Origin: Alphaproteobacteria bacterium
GTDB taxonomy: Bacteria > Pseudomonadota > Alphaproteobacteria > CAAHEQ01 > UBA3637
Assembly: GCA_017962565.1 (NCBI GenBank)
Contig: JAGCVC010000020.1
Location: 161,617 to 225,616 of the forward strand
DNA: 64,000 nt
Direction of reading: 5' to 3'
In this document: positions 1 to 11,404 of the stretch, piece after piece
Layout: each line of letters begins with the position of its first letter
How positions within the stretch are numbered: the stretch's first letter is position 1
The notes under the pieces: model-generated
What the model saw: the letters and a program-made list of their open reading frames with translations, nothing else
The model's database searches: none
What the model was told of the DNA's origin: nothing
Position numbers and translations under genes: made by a program

Positions 1-279
1 TTAGTTTTAGCAACATTCAATTCATTTGCACAACAAGCAGAAACGCCTGCACCTACAAATAATGCTGTCAAAGTTTTATTTTCAGAAGATCTGAATGAAA
101 AATTATTAGAAAACATGCGTTATCGTTATTCCAAAAAAAGTGTTCAAACACTGCTTTTTAGAAAACGGGAATTGGAAAAACAATTGCGTTCACAAAAGCT
201 ATCTGATCAAACGAGACAACGTTTAAATTTGGAATATTCCGTTATTCAAGAGAAATTGTCGGAAGCTGGAGTACTTTAA
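1..279 (+). CDS. Hypothetical exported protein, 5'-truncated by window edge
   Basis: Frame 1 is open from base 1 (LVLATFNSFAQQAETPAP...EKLSEAGVL) to TAA at 277-279; the start resembles the end of a signal peptide. Confidence 0.6.
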   Translation, partial: LVLATFNSFAQQAETPAPTNNAVKVLFSEDLNEKLLENMRYRYSKKSVQTLLFRKRELEKQLRSQKLSDQTRQRLNLEYSVIQEKLSEAGVL

Positions 280-1031
280 CGTACAGACCAAACATCCGCA
301 TAAATCTTATCAAATCCTTTATCGTGACGCGCAGATGAAACAACGACAACATTCGGATTGTCTTTGCCTAAAATTTCAAAAGTCAACTCTGGCGGAACAA
401 TTTTATCCTTTGCACCAACGTAATGCGTTTGAGGAATTCCCTTTAAATCAGCCACTTTCAAATTGACTGAATCTGTCAGTGGTTCATCCTTGTGATAAGA
501 CGTCCACTTATCTTTATCAAGAACACCAGCAATAGTAATCAGTTTCTTAACCTCTTTTGGATGCCGAACAGCAATTTGAGAAGCAATCATTCCCCCTCCA
601 GAATACCCGATTAAAATAACTTCATCTGCCCTTGATTTTTTCTTTAAAATACCAACAGATGCTTCCATCGTGTCAATGATTGATGAACTGAAACGACCGG
701 TTGTCCAATCCTTTTCACAGCAATTTTGTCCCATTAAATACTGACAGGGACGAGCCAAATATACAACATTTGGATACGTATCATCAACAGCTAATTTTCT
801 TAAAAATAACCCTTCAGGTGTCGGGTCTTTTGTTGGCTGACCTTTACTATCAAAAGCATGTCCATCCCCTTCAATGTAAACTTTCAAAGGCAATCCTGGT
901 TTTGTAATTTTATACCATGAAGCCACTGTATAATCCCCCGAAGAAATAGGTTGAAAACGCAAATCTTTTAAAGGATTTTCCGTTGCACAAGCCGCTAAAA
1001 ACAAAAAACATAAAACAAATAGTTTTTTCAT
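276..1031 (-). CDS. Alpha/beta-hydrolase fold lipoprotein
   Basis: Lipobox LAAC, nucleophile elbow GYSGG, YIEGDG motif, C-terminal Asp/His (DKIVP, RH). Confidence 0.8.
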   Translation of the reverse strand: MKKLFVLCFLFLAACATENPLKDLRFQPISSGDYTVASWYKITKPGLPLKVYIEGDGHAFDSKGQPTKDPTPEGLFLRKLAVDDTYPNVVYLARPCQYLMGQNCCEKDWTTGRFSSSIIDTMEASVGILKKKSRADEVILIGYSGGGMIASQIAVRHPKEVKKLITIAGVLDKDKWTSYHKDEPLTDSVNLKVADLKGIPQTHYVGAKDKIVPPELTFEILGKDNPNVVVVSSARHDKGFDKIYADVWSVR

Positions 1032-1696
1032 TTAAAAATAACCTTCCCTTCTTCGTCAACTTCATACATTCTGCAATTAGGATCTTCCGAATCACATTCC
1101 TCAAAACGAAGACTTTCACGCTTGAAATCCTTCAGAGCATCTGTCATTGTTTGCGTCTGAAAAGTCAGATTTTGAGGAAGTTCAACTTTTTTCAACGTAT
1201 CATTTCCAAAAGTTGTTCTTGGAATGCTGTAATCTCTTTCTGTTACACGGAACTTGCGCACACGTTTCCGTTCTACCGGTCGAGATTGAGTTTCTTCTTC
1301 AAGTAACACTGATTTTCTTAAGGTCATCACTTTACCTTCTTGTTCAGCTTTTTGCATTGCTTCTTTTATTTCATTTGAATCTCTTATAACTGCTTTTTCG
1401 GCATTTTCCTGCATTTGTGGATCGTTAAATTTTAATCGTCCGCCTTTCTTTTGCGGAGCTTCAGGTTGTGGCGTTTCCGGCAAATTTCCAGATGTTTGAA
1501 CATTTTGTACCGGTTGTTGAACCTGTTGGATATTTTCAGTAAGTTGAACCTGGTTCAACGGAATATAATTACCGTTTGCATCTATTTTCTTAACAATCAT
1601 CTGATTTTCATCAAATGTAGAAGGCAGAGTAATTGTTTCTTGTGCGACAACTACGTTTCCTAAAAAAAGACAGAAAAGAAAAAATACTTTTTTCAT
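1028..1696 (-). CDS. Hypothetical secreted protein
   Basis: Signal peptide MKKVFFLFCLFLGNVVVA, RBS AAAGGAG, 4-nt overlap with downstream gene. Confidence 0.7.
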   Translation of the reverse strand: MKKVFFLFCLFLGNVVVAQETITLPSTFDENQMIVKKIDANGNYIPLNQVQLTENIQQVQQPVQNVQTSGNLPETPQPEAPQKKGGRLKFNDPQMQENAEKAVIRDSNEIKEAMQKAEQEGKVMTLRKSVLLEEETQSRPVERKRVRKFRVTERDYSIPRTTFGNDTLKKVELPQNLTFQTQTMTDALKDFKRESLRFEECDSEDPNCRMYEVDEEGKVIFK

Positions 1697-1816
1697 TAGC
1701 GTTCTCCTTTTGCTTCATTATAGGGTAAAGACTTTTGCTTGACAAGTAAAAAAGAGTTTAAAATATCTTGCGTTTTTTGTTTTTTCGGATATACTCTGTG
1801 CCAAAAGGATTTTTTA

Positions 1817-3622
1817 ATGCACGATATTACCAAAATAAGAAATTTTTCGATTATTGCCCACATTGACCATGGAAAATCAACTTTGGCTGACCGTTTAATT
1901 GAATACTGCGGATTGGTTTCCAAACGTGAAATGAAAGAGCAATTATTGGACAATATGGACATTGAACGGGAACGCGGCATCACAATTAAAGCGCAAACCG
2001 TCCGATTGGAATATACCGCAAAAGACGGAAATACATATCACTTAAATTTAATTGACACACCGGGACATGTTGACTTCGGTTATGAAGTTAGTCGATCATT
2101 AGCGGCTTGTGAAGGTTCTTTGTTGGTCGTTGATGCGTCACAAGGTGTAGAAGCACAAACTTTGGCAAATGTATATAAAGCATTGGATGCAAATAACGAA
2201 ATTGTCCCTGTTATCAACAAAATTGATTTGCCGGCAGCCGAACCGGAACGTGTCAAAACTCAAATTGAAGATGTTATCGGCATTGATGCTTCCGACAGTG
2301 TTTTGATTTCTGCTAAAACAGGTTTAGGCACACAGGATGTATTGGAAGCAATTGTTAATCGTATTCCTGCACCAAAAGGGGATGAGAATGCACCTTTAAA
2401 AGCTTTGTTGGTGGACAGTTGGTATGACTCTTATTTAGGAATTGTCATTTTAGTTCGTATTGTTGATGGTGTATTGAAAAAAGGCATGAATATCAAAATG
2501 ATGTCGGCCGGCACAACGCACAGTGTGGACAGAGTTGGTACTTTTTCTCCCAAAATGAAAGAAACGGATGCGCTTTACCCTGGTGAAATCGGGTACATTA
2601 CCGCCAGTATCAAAAGCATTGGTGAAACAAAAGTCGGTGATACAATCACTGATGAAAAACGCCCGACTGAAAAAGCTTTAGATGGTTTTAAACCAAGTAT
2701 TCCTGTTGTCTTTTGTTCTTTCTTTCCGTTGGATAGTTCAGAATATGAAAACTTGAAAGAATCCTTAGGAAAATTACAGCTCAATGATGCCAGTTTTCAT
2801 TTTATGCCGGAAAAATCTATGGCTTTGGGACAAGGTTTCCGTTGCGGCTTTTTGGGTTTGCTTCATATGGAAATTATTGAAGAACGCCTTGACCGTGAAT
2901 TTAATTTGGACTTAATCACAACGGCTCCATCTGTCGTATACAAAATACATCTGACCAACGGTGAAGTTTTTGACATGCATAATCCCGCCGATATGCCGGA
3001 TGTAACACAAATCGAAAAAATTGAAGAACCATGGGTTCGTGCAACAATTATGACACCCGATGAATACTTGGGTTCGATATTAACGCTTTGTTCCGAAAGA
3101 CGCGGCATTCAAAAGAATTTAACTTATGTTGGCAACCGTGCTATGGCCGTTTATGAAATACCACTTAATGAAATTGTCTTCGATTTTTATGATCGATTGA
3201 AATCCATTTCCCGCGGGTACGCAAGCTTTGATTATGAATTGATTGATTATCAAGCAAGTGATTTAGTTAAGGTTTCTATTTTGGTTAACGCTGAACCAGT
3301 CGATGCTTTATCATTTTTGGTACACCGTTCACAAGCAGAACGCAGAGGTCGTCAAATTTGCGAACGCTTGAAGGATTTAATCCCGCGTCATCAATTCAAA
3401 ATCCCAATCCAAGCCGCTATTGGTGGAAAAATTATTGCTCGTGAAGATATTTCTGCTTACCGTAAAGACGTAACGGCGAAATGCTACGGTGGCGATATTA
3501 CCCGTAAGCGTAAATTGTTGGATAAACAAAAAGAAGGTAAAAAGCGTATGCGCCAATTCGGTAAGGTAGAAATTCCGCAATCTGCCTTTATCGAGGCATT
3601 AAGAATCGGCGACGATAATTAA
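1817..3622 (+). CDS. lepA: Translation elongation factor 4
   Basis: [29 protein letters not shown]-terminal [14 protein letters not shown]; ATG at 1817 chosen as start. Confidence 0.98.
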   Translation: MHDITKIRNFSIIAHIDHGKSTLADRLIEYCGLVSKREMKEQLLDNMDIERERGITIKAQTVRLEYTAKDGNTYHLNLIDTPGHVDFGYEVSRSLAACEGSLLVVDASQGVEAQTLANVYKALDANNEIVPVINKIDLPAAEPERVKTQIEDVIGIDASDSVLISAKTGLGTQDVLEAIVNRIPAPKGDENAPLKALLVDSWYDSYLGIVILVRIVDGVLKKGMNIKMMSAGTTHSVDRVGTFSPKMKETDALYPGEIGYITASIKSIGETKVGDTITDEKRPTEKALDGFKPSIPVVFCSFFPLDSSEYENLKESLGKLQLNDASFHFMPEKSMALGQGFRCGFLGLLHMEIIEERLDREFNLDLITTAPSVVYKIHLTNGEVFDMHNPADMPDVTQIEKIEEPWVRATIMTPDEYLGSILTLCSERRGIQKNLTYVGNRAMAVYEIPLNEIVFDFYDRLKSISRGYASFDYELIDYQASDLVKVSILVNAEPVDALSFLVHRSQAERRGRQICERLKDLIPRHQFKIPIQAAIGGKIIAREDISAYRKDVTAKCYGGDITRKRKLLDKQKEGKKRMRQFGKVEIPQSAFIEALRIGDDN

Positions 3623-3695
3623 TTTTACCCTTGTATTTTATTTTTCATATGATAGTATATTGTTTGAAGTTTGGTTTTAACTAAGGATAAAATAC

Positions 3696-4898
3696 ATGAA
3701 AAAAATACTTCTTTGGGCTGTTGCATTTTCCGTTTTAGCTTTCTCTGCAAAAGCTGATATGTTCACTTTACACGTAAAACAAACAAGTACATCCATAGAT
3801 GAAACAAGATCGTTTAAGTCTGTTTTAGATTTGTTTGATAAATACGAAGATGGCTCCTTAGATTCAATCATTAGTGGTTATGATAAAACTGCTGACGCTA
3901 CAGGTTCAATTGATTTCCGTGGAATTCCTATGACCTTAGACTTTGTTTGGGATGGTAGCAAGTTCAATTTGAATTTCAACGTACAAAAAGCCAATATTTC
4001 TGAAACTTTCTCAGGTGTCACCCAGGAAGAAGCATTCAAACAATTAAAAGATTATTTAAAAAAGAACAAAGACGATTTAATGAAGAAAATTTTGAAAAGC
4101 AGCGTTAAGGACACCCCATACGATTTAGTGGCAGGAAGTCCTACTTCTATGATGGCAACAATGACAGATGCTTCTTTCCAAAGAGCCGGTGGTGGTGTAT
4201 TGGGTAACTTTGTATCTTATCTTTCACCAAATGGGGCTCGTCATCACTTTAAATTTAATAATGAAGATAAGACAGCTGACATTATTTCGTTACCTTTGGC
4301 AAAAACATTCAAATTCGGCGAAAGCGGTTGGGCTTTGATGTTCGATATGCCCCTTACTTACGCCGACTTTGACGGTTCTAAGTCCTTTGCCGGACAATTA
4401 GGTTTAGGATTGAAAGTTCCATTGGTTCAAGCTGAACATTTTAAATGGGATATTATTCCAGGTGGTCGAGTTGGTGCTATCGGATCAAAAGATATGATTT
4501 CCGGTGGCTTGCTTTATTCTGGAACGATAACAAACAACATGCAAGTCCCAATGGGACCCGTAACCGTTTCAATGACAAATATGGCTGGCTATATTCGTGA
4601 TTTTTCAGTTAAAGTTGCCGATTATGAAGTTGATTATGACTTGGAAAACTGGGTATATAAAAATGGAGCTCAACTCCGTTGGGATATATCAGACGATTGG
4701 GCAATTAACACTGCATATAGCTATACATTTTATACCGGTTCAAACTTATTTATTGATAAATACCACGATGTCGGAGCCTCTTTAATATATAAATTTGATG
4801 AAGGCTCATTCTTTTCCGGTGTAGGATTGACCGGCAATTACACATTTGACGGTGATGATTATTATGCCTACAGAGCCGGCATAGACATCTTATTTTAG
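3696..4898 (+). CDS. Putative outer-membrane beta-barrel protein
   Basis: Signal peptide, alternating aromatic beta-strand pattern in the C-terminal half, terminal Phe (YRAGIDILF). Confidence 0.6.
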   Translation: MKKILLWAVAFSVLAFSAKADMFTLHVKQTSTSIDETRSFKSVLDLFDKYEDGSLDSIISGYDKTADATGSIDFRGIPMTLDFVWDGSKFNLNFNVQKANISETFSGVTQEEAFKQLKDYLKKNKDDLMKKILKSSVKDTPYDLVAGSPTSMMATMTDASFQRAGGGVLGNFVSYLSPNGARHHFKFNNEDKTADIISLPLAKTFKFGESGWALMFDMPLTYADFDGSKSFAGQLGLGLKVPLVQAEHFKWDIIPGGRVGAIGSKDMISGGLLYSGTITNNMQVPMGPVTVSMTNMAGYIRDFSVKVADYEVDYDLENWVYKNGAQLRWDISDDWAINTAYSYTFYTGSNLFIDKYHDVGASLIYKFDEGSFFSGVGLTGNYTFDGDDYYAYRAGIDILF

Positions 4899-4915
4899 TA
4901 AGAAAATCACAAACT

Positions 4916-5329
4916 TCATTCACTTGGCATTGGCGCTTCAATACCCAATGCCAATTTTAAATCTTCGTCCAACATATCAAGAGTCCAAGGCGGATCCCAA
5001 ACCAAAGAAACATCCACACTGCCAACCCCTTCAACTTTAGAAACAGCCAACGCAACCATACCCGGCATTTCACCGGCTATCGGACACATCGGAGAAGTTA
5101 ATGTCATTTCAATTGTTACATCTCCAACCTCTGAAATATTTATCTTATAAATCAATCCTAAGGAATAAATATCCAACATCAATTCCGGATCTTGAACAGT
5201 TTTTAAAGCTTCAACAACCATACTTTCTGTCGCAATTGATGATCCTTTTGGCAAAGGATGCCCCAAATGCGCGTGAAAATCAATCTCTTTTCCGACAACT
5301 TCTACCGGAGCAGATTCTTCTTCACTCAT
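4916..5329 (-). CDS. sufT: SUF Fe-S assembly protein (DUF59/SufT-like)
   Basis: DPEL..DIYSLGLIY, MTLTSPMCP, VWDPPW; last gene of the suf operon. Confidence 0.88.
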   Translation of the reverse strand: MSEEESAPVEVVGKEIDFHAHLGHPLPKGSSIATESMVVEALKTVQDPELMLDIYSLGLIYKINISEVGDVTIEMTLTSPMCPIAGEMPGMVALAVSKVEGVGSVDVSLVWDPPWTLDMLDEDLKLALGIEAPMPSE

Positions 5330-6522
5330 TTTGCACTCCTTAAAATTTTTTGTGCTTTTTTCAAAGCTGTAATAAACGCAGTTATATCTTCACCCGTATT
5401 GTACATACCCAAAGAAACTCGAATAGACGAATTCACACCGTATTTTTCCGTAATAGGTTGAGCACAATGATGCCCAACACGAACAGCGACATTTTGTTCC
5501 GATAAAATCATTGCAACATCTTGTGGATGTGCACCCTTTACATTAAAGCATACCAAATTCTTTTTGAGATTCAAATCACCCAAAACTTCAACACCGCCCA
5601 ACATTTGCAACCCGTCTTTCAAAAGATGCATTGTTTGCGATTCTACGGCTTCAATTTTATTAAATCCTACACTGTGAACATAATCCAAGGCGGCTTCTAA
5701 ACCAACAGCTTGAACAATTGCCGGTGTTCCTGCTTCAAAACGGGCCGGAGAATCCGCATAAGTAGGACCGGAAAAATGAACTGATTTAACCATATCACCA
5801 CCACCTTGCCAAGGAGGCAAAGTATTCATAAATTCTGATGGGGCATATAAAACACCGATACCTGTCGGTCCATAAATTTTATGTCCTGAAAAAGCATAAA
5901 AATCAATTTTTTCATCCGACAAATTTATTTTGGAATGAACTACCCCCTGACAACCATCAATTAAAACTTTTGCTCCTGCATCATGTGCCAATTGAACAAT
6001 TTCATGAATTGGGTTTTCGACACCTAAAACATTACTCATTTGCGTCACAGAAACCAATTTTGTTTTTTCGGAAAGTTTTGCTTTAAGGTCTTCCATATCC
6101 AACTTTCCGCTTTCAAAAACACTAATAAACTTAACAATAACACCTTTTTCAGCGGCCAAAATTTGCCAAGGAACTAAATTAGAATGATGTTCGGCTTCCG
6201 ATAACAAAATTTCATCCCCAGCTTTTAAAGTCCGCCCAAAAGTTTGTGCAACCAAATTGATTGCTTCCGTTGCCCCACGTACAAAAATAACATCTTTATC
6301 ACGAACAGACAAAAACTCTGCAACATGATGGCGTGCATGTTCGTAAGCAATTGTCGCCATTTCCGACAAATAGTAAGTTCCACGGTGTACATTTGCATAA
6401 TGATTCTTCATAAAACTATCCATAGCATCAATAACTTGAATCGGTTTTTGCGCTGACGCAGCATTATCTAAATAGACCAACTCCGGATTATTGGTAAAAA
6501 TCGGAAAATCACTTTTATTCAT
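5326..6522 (-). CDS. sufS: Cysteine desulfurase SufS
   Basis: YLDNAASAQKP, FSGHK (PLP Lys), RVGHHCAQP. Confidence 0.95.
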   Translation of the reverse strand: MNKSDFPIFTNNPELVYLDNAASAQKPIQVIDAMDSFMKNHYANVHRGTYYLSEMATIAYEHARHHVAEFLSVRDKDVIFVRGATEAINLVAQTFGRTLKAGDEILLSEAEHHSNLVPWQILAAEKGVIVKFISVFESGKLDMEDLKAKLSEKTKLVSVTQMSNVLGVENPIHEIVQLAHDAGAKVLIDGCQGVVHSKINLSDEKIDFYAFSGHKIYGPTGIGVLYAPSEFMNTLPPWQGGGDMVKSVHFSGPTYADSPARFEAGTPAIVQAVGLEAALDYVHSVGFNKIEAVESQTMHLLKDGLQMLGGVEVLGDLNLKKNLVCFNVKGAHPQDVAMILSEQNVAVRVGHHCAQPITEKYGVNSSIRVSLGMYNTGEDITAFITALKKAQKILRSAK

Positions 6523-7132
6523 TTGCTTCCATCCATTTATCAATTTCTGTTTCAAAAGCCTGTGGCATATCGGACAACAAAAACGCTTTAATTAACATTT
6601 GACGTGCAGTCGTCTCATCAATTCCACGGCTCATCAGATAAAATAGGTACGTTTCATCCAAAGTGCCAATACTAGACCCATGTGCACATTTTACGTCATC
6701 TGCATAAATTTCCAATTCCGGCGTGCATTTGATGCAAGCATTATCCGACAAAAGCAATGCTTTATGGCTCTGAGAACCTTCACATTTCTGACTGCCATGT
6801 GGCATACGAATAACGCCATAAAAATCCGCTTTTCCAAAACCGGCAGCAACACCTTTTATTTCTTGTTTTGAATTTGTTTGCTCTACGGCATGAATAACCT
6901 CAAATTCAATTTTATTGTCAGCATCTGTTCCGGATAAATAAACAGTACGTAAGGTACAACAAGCATTTTGCCCAAGTAAACTTACTTTGACTTTCAAGGA
7001 TTGTCCTGCCTGCAATAAATTTAGATCATAACTGGCATTTTCATAGACAACGACATCCAATAAACCGCTTTGGTTCATCAGAACATCATTTATCTTTTCA
7101 TTTGCCGAAATGATCTTATTTATAGTCTGCAT
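6515..7132 (-). CDS. sufD: SufD, N-terminally shortened
   Basis: PELEIYADDVKCAHG, LFYLMSRGI; lies between sufC and sufS; start approximate. Confidence 0.85.
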   Translation of the reverse strand: MQTINKIISANEKINDVLMNQSGLLDVVVYENASYDLNLLQAGQSLKVKVSLLGQNACCTLRTVYLSGTDADNKIEFEVIHAVEQTNSKQEIKGVAAGFGKADFYGVIRMPHGSQKCEGSQSHKALLLSDNACIKCTPELEIYADDVKCAHGSSIGTLDETYLFYLMSRGIDETTARQMLIKAFLLSDMPQAFETEIDKWMEANE

Positions 7133-7862
7133 AACCATTCTCTTCCAACTTACGAGCCAAAGATTTATCGCCCTTTTCCACAATATGACCATCAACCATA
7201 ATATAAATTACATCCGGCTCAATTAAATCCAATAAACGTTCGTAATGCGTAATCAGTAAAAACGAACGATTTTCTTCACGCATTAAATTGACCCCATCCG
7301 CAACAATTTTCAAAGCATCAACATCCAATCCGGAATCCATTTCATCCAAGATACAAAAATCCGGCTCTAAAAAAGCCATTTGCAAAGTTTCCATGCGCTT
7401 TTTTTCACCACCGGAAAAGCCGACATTAACCGGACGCTTTAACATTTCATCCGTCACACCTAATGCTTGCGCTCTGACTTTCAAACGTTTGATATAGGCA
7501 ACTGCATCCAATGGTTTTTGTCCCAAGTATTTCATTTTAGAAGTCAAAGCCTGTTTCAAAAATTGTGCGTAAGAAATACCGGGAATTTCAATCGGATATT
7601 GAAAGCCCAAGAAAATACCTTCATTGGCACGAACATCCGGTGTCATTTTGGATAAATCTTTGCCCTTAAAAAGCATTTTGCCGGATGTTACCGAATAAAC
7701 CGGATTACCGGCAATCACGTTGGATAAAGTGCTTTTACCGGAACCGTTTGGTCCCATAATTGCGTAAACCTTCCCGGGTTCAATTTCAAAAGAAAAATCT
7801 TTTAAAATTTGCTTTTCCCCAACACAGGCATTTAAATTTTTAATTTCCAATAAATTTTTCAT
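7116..7862 (-). CDS. sufC: Fe-S assembly ATPase SufC
   Basis: GPNGSGKST, GFSGGEKKR, ILDEMDSGLD. Confidence 0.96.
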   Translation of the reverse strand: MKNLLEIKNLNACVGEKQILKDFSFEIEPGKVYAIMGPNGSGKSTLSNVIAGNPVYSVTSGKMLFKGKDLSKMTPDVRANEGIFLGFQYPIEIPGISYAQFLKQALTSKMKYLGQKPLDAVAYIKRLKVRAQALGVTDEMLKRPVNVGFSGGEKKRMETLQMAFLEPDFCILDEMDSGLDVDALKIVADGVNLMREENRSFLLITHYERLLDLIEPDVIYIMVDGHIVEKGDKSLARKLEENGYADYK

Positions 7863-9314
7863 TTAACCCACACTTCCTTCCAAACTGATGCCGATTAAAC
7901 GGCCTGCCTCAATAGCAAATTCCATTGGCAAATGTTGCATAACTTCCTTACAAAAACCGTTGACTATCAAAGAAACAGCTTCATTTTCAGATAAACCACG
8001 TTGCATTGCATAAAATAATTGTTCGTCACTGATTTTGCTAGTTGTTGCTTCGTGTTCGATCACTGCATTACGATTCGCATTTTCTTGAACAGGAACGGTA
8101 TGAGCCCCGCAATTTGAACCAATCAACAAACTGTCACATTTTGAAAAATTGCGTGCACCATCTGCATTTGGTGCCATTTTAACCAACCCACGATACGTTT
8201 GATTTGAAAAACCGGCAGAAATTCCTTTTGAAACAATAGTAGATTTTGTATTCTTGCCCAAATGAATCATCTTCGTTCCGGTATCTGCCTGTTGATAATT
8301 ATTTGTCAAAGCAACCGAATAAAATTCACCGACAGAATTATCTCCCTTTAAAATACAAGACGGATATTTCCAAGTAATTGCAGAACCTGTTTCAACTTGT
8401 GTCCACGATAATTTTGCATCATTATGACAAATACCGCGCTTTGTCACAAAGTTGTAAATACCGCCCTTTCCATCCTTGTCACCGGGATACCAATTTTGAA
8501 CAGTGGAATATTTAACCTCTGCCCTGTCTAATACAACAATTTCAACAATTGCCGCATGTAATTGGTTTTCATCACGTTGCGGAGCTGTACAACCTTCCAA
8601 ATAACTGACATAAGCATCTTCTTCACAGACAATCAAAGTTCGTTCGAATTGGCCGGCATTACGCGCATTGATACGAAAATAACTGGAAAGTTCCATCGGA
8701 CAACGAACACCTTTCGGAATAAAAACAAAAGAACCGTCCGAAAAAACCGCACTGTTTAATGCCGCAAAAAAATTATCCGTGTAGGGAACAACCGTTCCTA
8801 AATACTTTTTTACCAAGTCAGGATATTTTTGAACTGCTTCCCCCATTGAACAAAAAATAATACCTTTTTCCGCCAATTTAGCTTTATAAGTTGTTGCAAC
8901 AGATACACTGTCAAAAATCGCATCAACAGCAACTACCCCCGCAAGAACTTTCTGTTCATTCAAAGGGATACCCAGTTTTTCATAAGTTTCTAAAATTTTC
9001 GGATCAACGTCTTCCAATTTTTTGGAATCTTCTTGTTTTTTAGGTGCTGCATAATAATACAAGTCCTGATAATCAATCGGATCATAATTCACTTTTGCCC
9101 AGTGCGGTTCTGACATTGTTTTCCATTTTGCATAAGCTTTTAAACGAAAATTAAGCAACCACTCTGGTTCCTTTTTTTGATTAGAAATAAAACGAATAAT
9201 ATTTTCATTTAATCCCTTTGGCGCAACATCGGACTGTACGTCTGTTTCAAAGCCGTACTTATACTTATCAGCGCTTAATGATTGCACTGTTGCCAAAGTT
9301 TCTTGTTTTACCAT
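7863..9314 (-). CDS. sufB: Fe-S assembly scaffold SufB
   Basis: [29 protein letters not shown]. Confidence 0.97.
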   Translation of the reverse strand: MVKQETLATVQSLSADKYKYGFETDVQSDVAPKGLNENIIRFISNQKKEPEWLLNFRLKAYAKWKTMSEPHWAKVNYDPIDYQDLYYYAAPKKQEDSKKLEDVDPKILETYEKLGIPLNEQKVLAGVVAVDAIFDSVSVATTYKAKLAEKGIIFCSMGEAVQKYPDLVKKYLGTVVPYTDNFFAALNSAVFSDGSFVFIPKGVRCPMELSSYFRINARNAGQFERTLIVCEEDAYVSYLEGCTAPQRDENQLHAAIVEIVVLDRAEVKYSTVQNWYPGDKDGKGGIYNFVTKRGICHNDAKLSWTQVETGSAITWKYPSCILKGDNSVGEFYSVALTNNYQQADTGTKMIHLGKNTKSTIVSKGISAGFSNQTYRGLVKMAPNADGARNFSKCDSLLIGSNCGAHTVPVQENANRNAVIEHEATTSKISDEQLFYAMQRGLSENEAVSLIVNGFCKEVMQHLPMEFAIEAGRLIGISLEGSVG

Positions 9315-9449
9315 TTTTTATCTTTCAATTTATTGCAGATAAATTGCCTCAAAAATAAAAAAAAGTCAAGTTTTTGATGAAAAATAGTTGCTTATTTTAT
9401 TTTTTTGTTTAGAATGAAGTTGTTAAATACTAGATATGAGGGGTTTAAA

Positions 9450-10490
9450 ATGATTTCGAATTTAGCATCTTGGATTGCTGCAGCCTGTGCAACTTTAGCC
9501 TGTTTATTTATGTTTCTTTATTTCAGTTTACGCATCAGACATGCGCGTATACGAAAAAGTTTGCAAAGTGCGACAGAATCCTTTGCTAAACAAACAAAAG
9601 AATTAGAAGAGTTAAAAAAACAAAGAACAGATTTTTCTGAAGACTTTACGGATACACAGGCACAAAGCATTATTGTTGCTTTTAATCAAGAAGGTAAAAT
9701 TACCTACGTTAATGACTATGCACAAGAATTTTTTGGTTTCAAAAAAAGTGAGTTAATTGGCAAAAGTGTACTGGGTACAATTGCTCCGGAACCTAAGAAA
9801 AAATATATTGCTCAACCAACACTGATCGAAAAGATTTTGCTTAACCCTCAACTTTATGTGGATGTTGAAACAAAAAATTTGAAGAAAGATGGTTCTCCCG
9901 TTTGGATTTCTTGGACGAATCGAGTCGTCTATGACGAAAAAAATAAACCGATTGAAATTCGCTCTGTTGGTTTTGACATTACACGTCGCAAACAATTAGA
10001 AGAAAAGTTGAATTATTTAACCTCTATGGATCCTTTAACCGGCGTTTTAAATCGTGCTGCATTTTTAAGAGAGGGCGAAAAAGAAATGAAACGAGCAATT
10101 CGTTATAATCGCACACTTTCTTTATTGCTCTTAAAATTAGATCACTTTCGCGTATTAGGCCAGGAATTTGGCTATAGTTTCGGCGATGAAGCGCTGAAGA
10201 AAACCGTAAAAATTTGCAAAGATTCTATCCGTGATTCTGATTATTTGGGACGCATTGGAGATGTTGAATTTGCTATATTGTTACCGGAAACGCCAGTCGA
10301 AAACGTACCATTTTTGGTTGAACGGTTGCGTTTGAAGATTCAAGATCAAAATTTGAAAACAGAAATCGGAAATGCATTTATTACAACGGCTTTTGGTACA
10401 GCTGGTAAAGCGGATGACAAAGATTCTGTTGATGCTATGTTGCTCAGAGCAGAACAGAATTTGAAAGAACAAACACAAAAAAATAAATAG
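9450..10490 (+). CDS. Membrane-anchored PAS + degenerate GGDEF protein
   Basis: N-terminal TM, PAS (ITYVNDYAQEFFG...DITRRK), DPLTGVLNR, signature reads GDVEF. Confidence 0.85.
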   Translation: MISNLASWIAAACATLACLFMFLYFSLRIRHARIRKSLQSATESFAKQTKELEELKKQRTDFSEDFTDTQAQSIIVAFNQEGKITYVNDYAQEFFGFKKSELIGKSVLGTIAPEPKKKYIAQPTLIEKILLNPQLYVDVETKNLKKDGSPVWISWTNRVVYDEKNKPIEIRSVGFDITRRKQLEEKLNYLTSMDPLTGVLNRAAFLREGEKEMKRAIRYNRTLSLLLLKLDHFRVLGQEFGYSFGDEALKKTVKICKDSIRDSDYLGRIGDVEFAILLPETPVENVPFLVERLRLKIQDQNLKTEIGNAFITTAFGTAGKADDKDSVDAMLLRAEQNLKEQTQKNK

Positions 10491-10501
10491 GGGGCAGATA
10501 A

Positions 10502-11404
10502 ATGGTGGAACAAATTATTCATCTGGAAAATGATTTTATTAAAGTCGGAGTTTCACCTGCTTGCGGAGCTGCTTTATCGTATTTCAAAATAAAAAATCAA
10601 AAGAACTTTGATGTCATGCGGTATACCGATTCTGTGGCATTAAGAAAAAATGATATTTTATCAATGTCTATGTTTGCGATGATCCCTTATCCTTTTTCAA
10701 TTAAGTCCGGAGAATTTACTTATTGGGGAATAAAGCGTTTGGTTCCCAAAACTCATCCGAACTTTTCTTATCCTATTCATGGAGACGGATGGCGTTCAAA
10801 ATGGGTTGTTGAACATCAAGATGCAACCAGTGTTAAATTATCATTATCTCATGACAAGGAAAAAGATAAAGGTTACCCGTTTTCCTATGAAGCCTCCATT
10901 TGCTATCGTTTAAATGGAAAAAGTCTGGAAATTGAAATAAATTTAACAAATCGTGCTTTAATGCCAATGCCTTGCGGTTTCGGTTTGCACCCGTTTTTCA
11001 ATAAAACACCGGATGTTACACTGACATTCGATACAAAAAACGTTTGGTATCATCAAAATGATCCTATTGATCGCCCATATAAAACACCGAGTGAATGGTC
11101 CTTTAAAGACGGCAAAAAGTTGGAACGTGCGGTCTTTGATACCTGTTTTGGTGGCTTTGATGGAAATGCTAAAATTACATGGCCACAAGAAAAAGTTGCC
11201 TTGCATATCAAAAGTGATGAGATTTTTTCTCACGTAGCGCTTTATTCGCCAAACCGTAAGAATTTCTTCTGTCTTGAACCGGCAACAATGACTTGTGATG
11301 CCTTCAATATTGCATCCAGAGGAATTATCGGTAGCGGTATTCAAAGTATCGGTAAGGATGAAACCTTAACCGGTTGTGTTTCATTCACGGTGGAAGAACT
11401 TTAA
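10502..11404 (+). CDS. Aldose 1-epimerase family protein
   Basis: IHGDGW, YPFSY, GLHPFF, FFCLEP. Confidence 0.88.
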   Translation: MVEQIIHLENDFIKVGVSPACGAALSYFKIKNQKNFDVMRYTDSVALRKNDILSMSMFAMIPYPFSIKSGEFTYWGIKRLVPKTHPNFSYPIHGDGWRSKWVVEHQDATSVKLSLSHDKEKDKGYPFSYEASICYRLNGKSLEIEINLTNRALMPMPCGFGLHPFFNKTPDVTLTFDTKNVWYHQNDPIDRPYKTPSEWSFKDGKKLERAVFDTCFGGFDGNAKITWPQEKVALHIKSDEIFSHVALYSPNRKNFFCLEPATMTCDAFNIASRGIIGSGIQSIGKDETLTGCVSFTVEEL

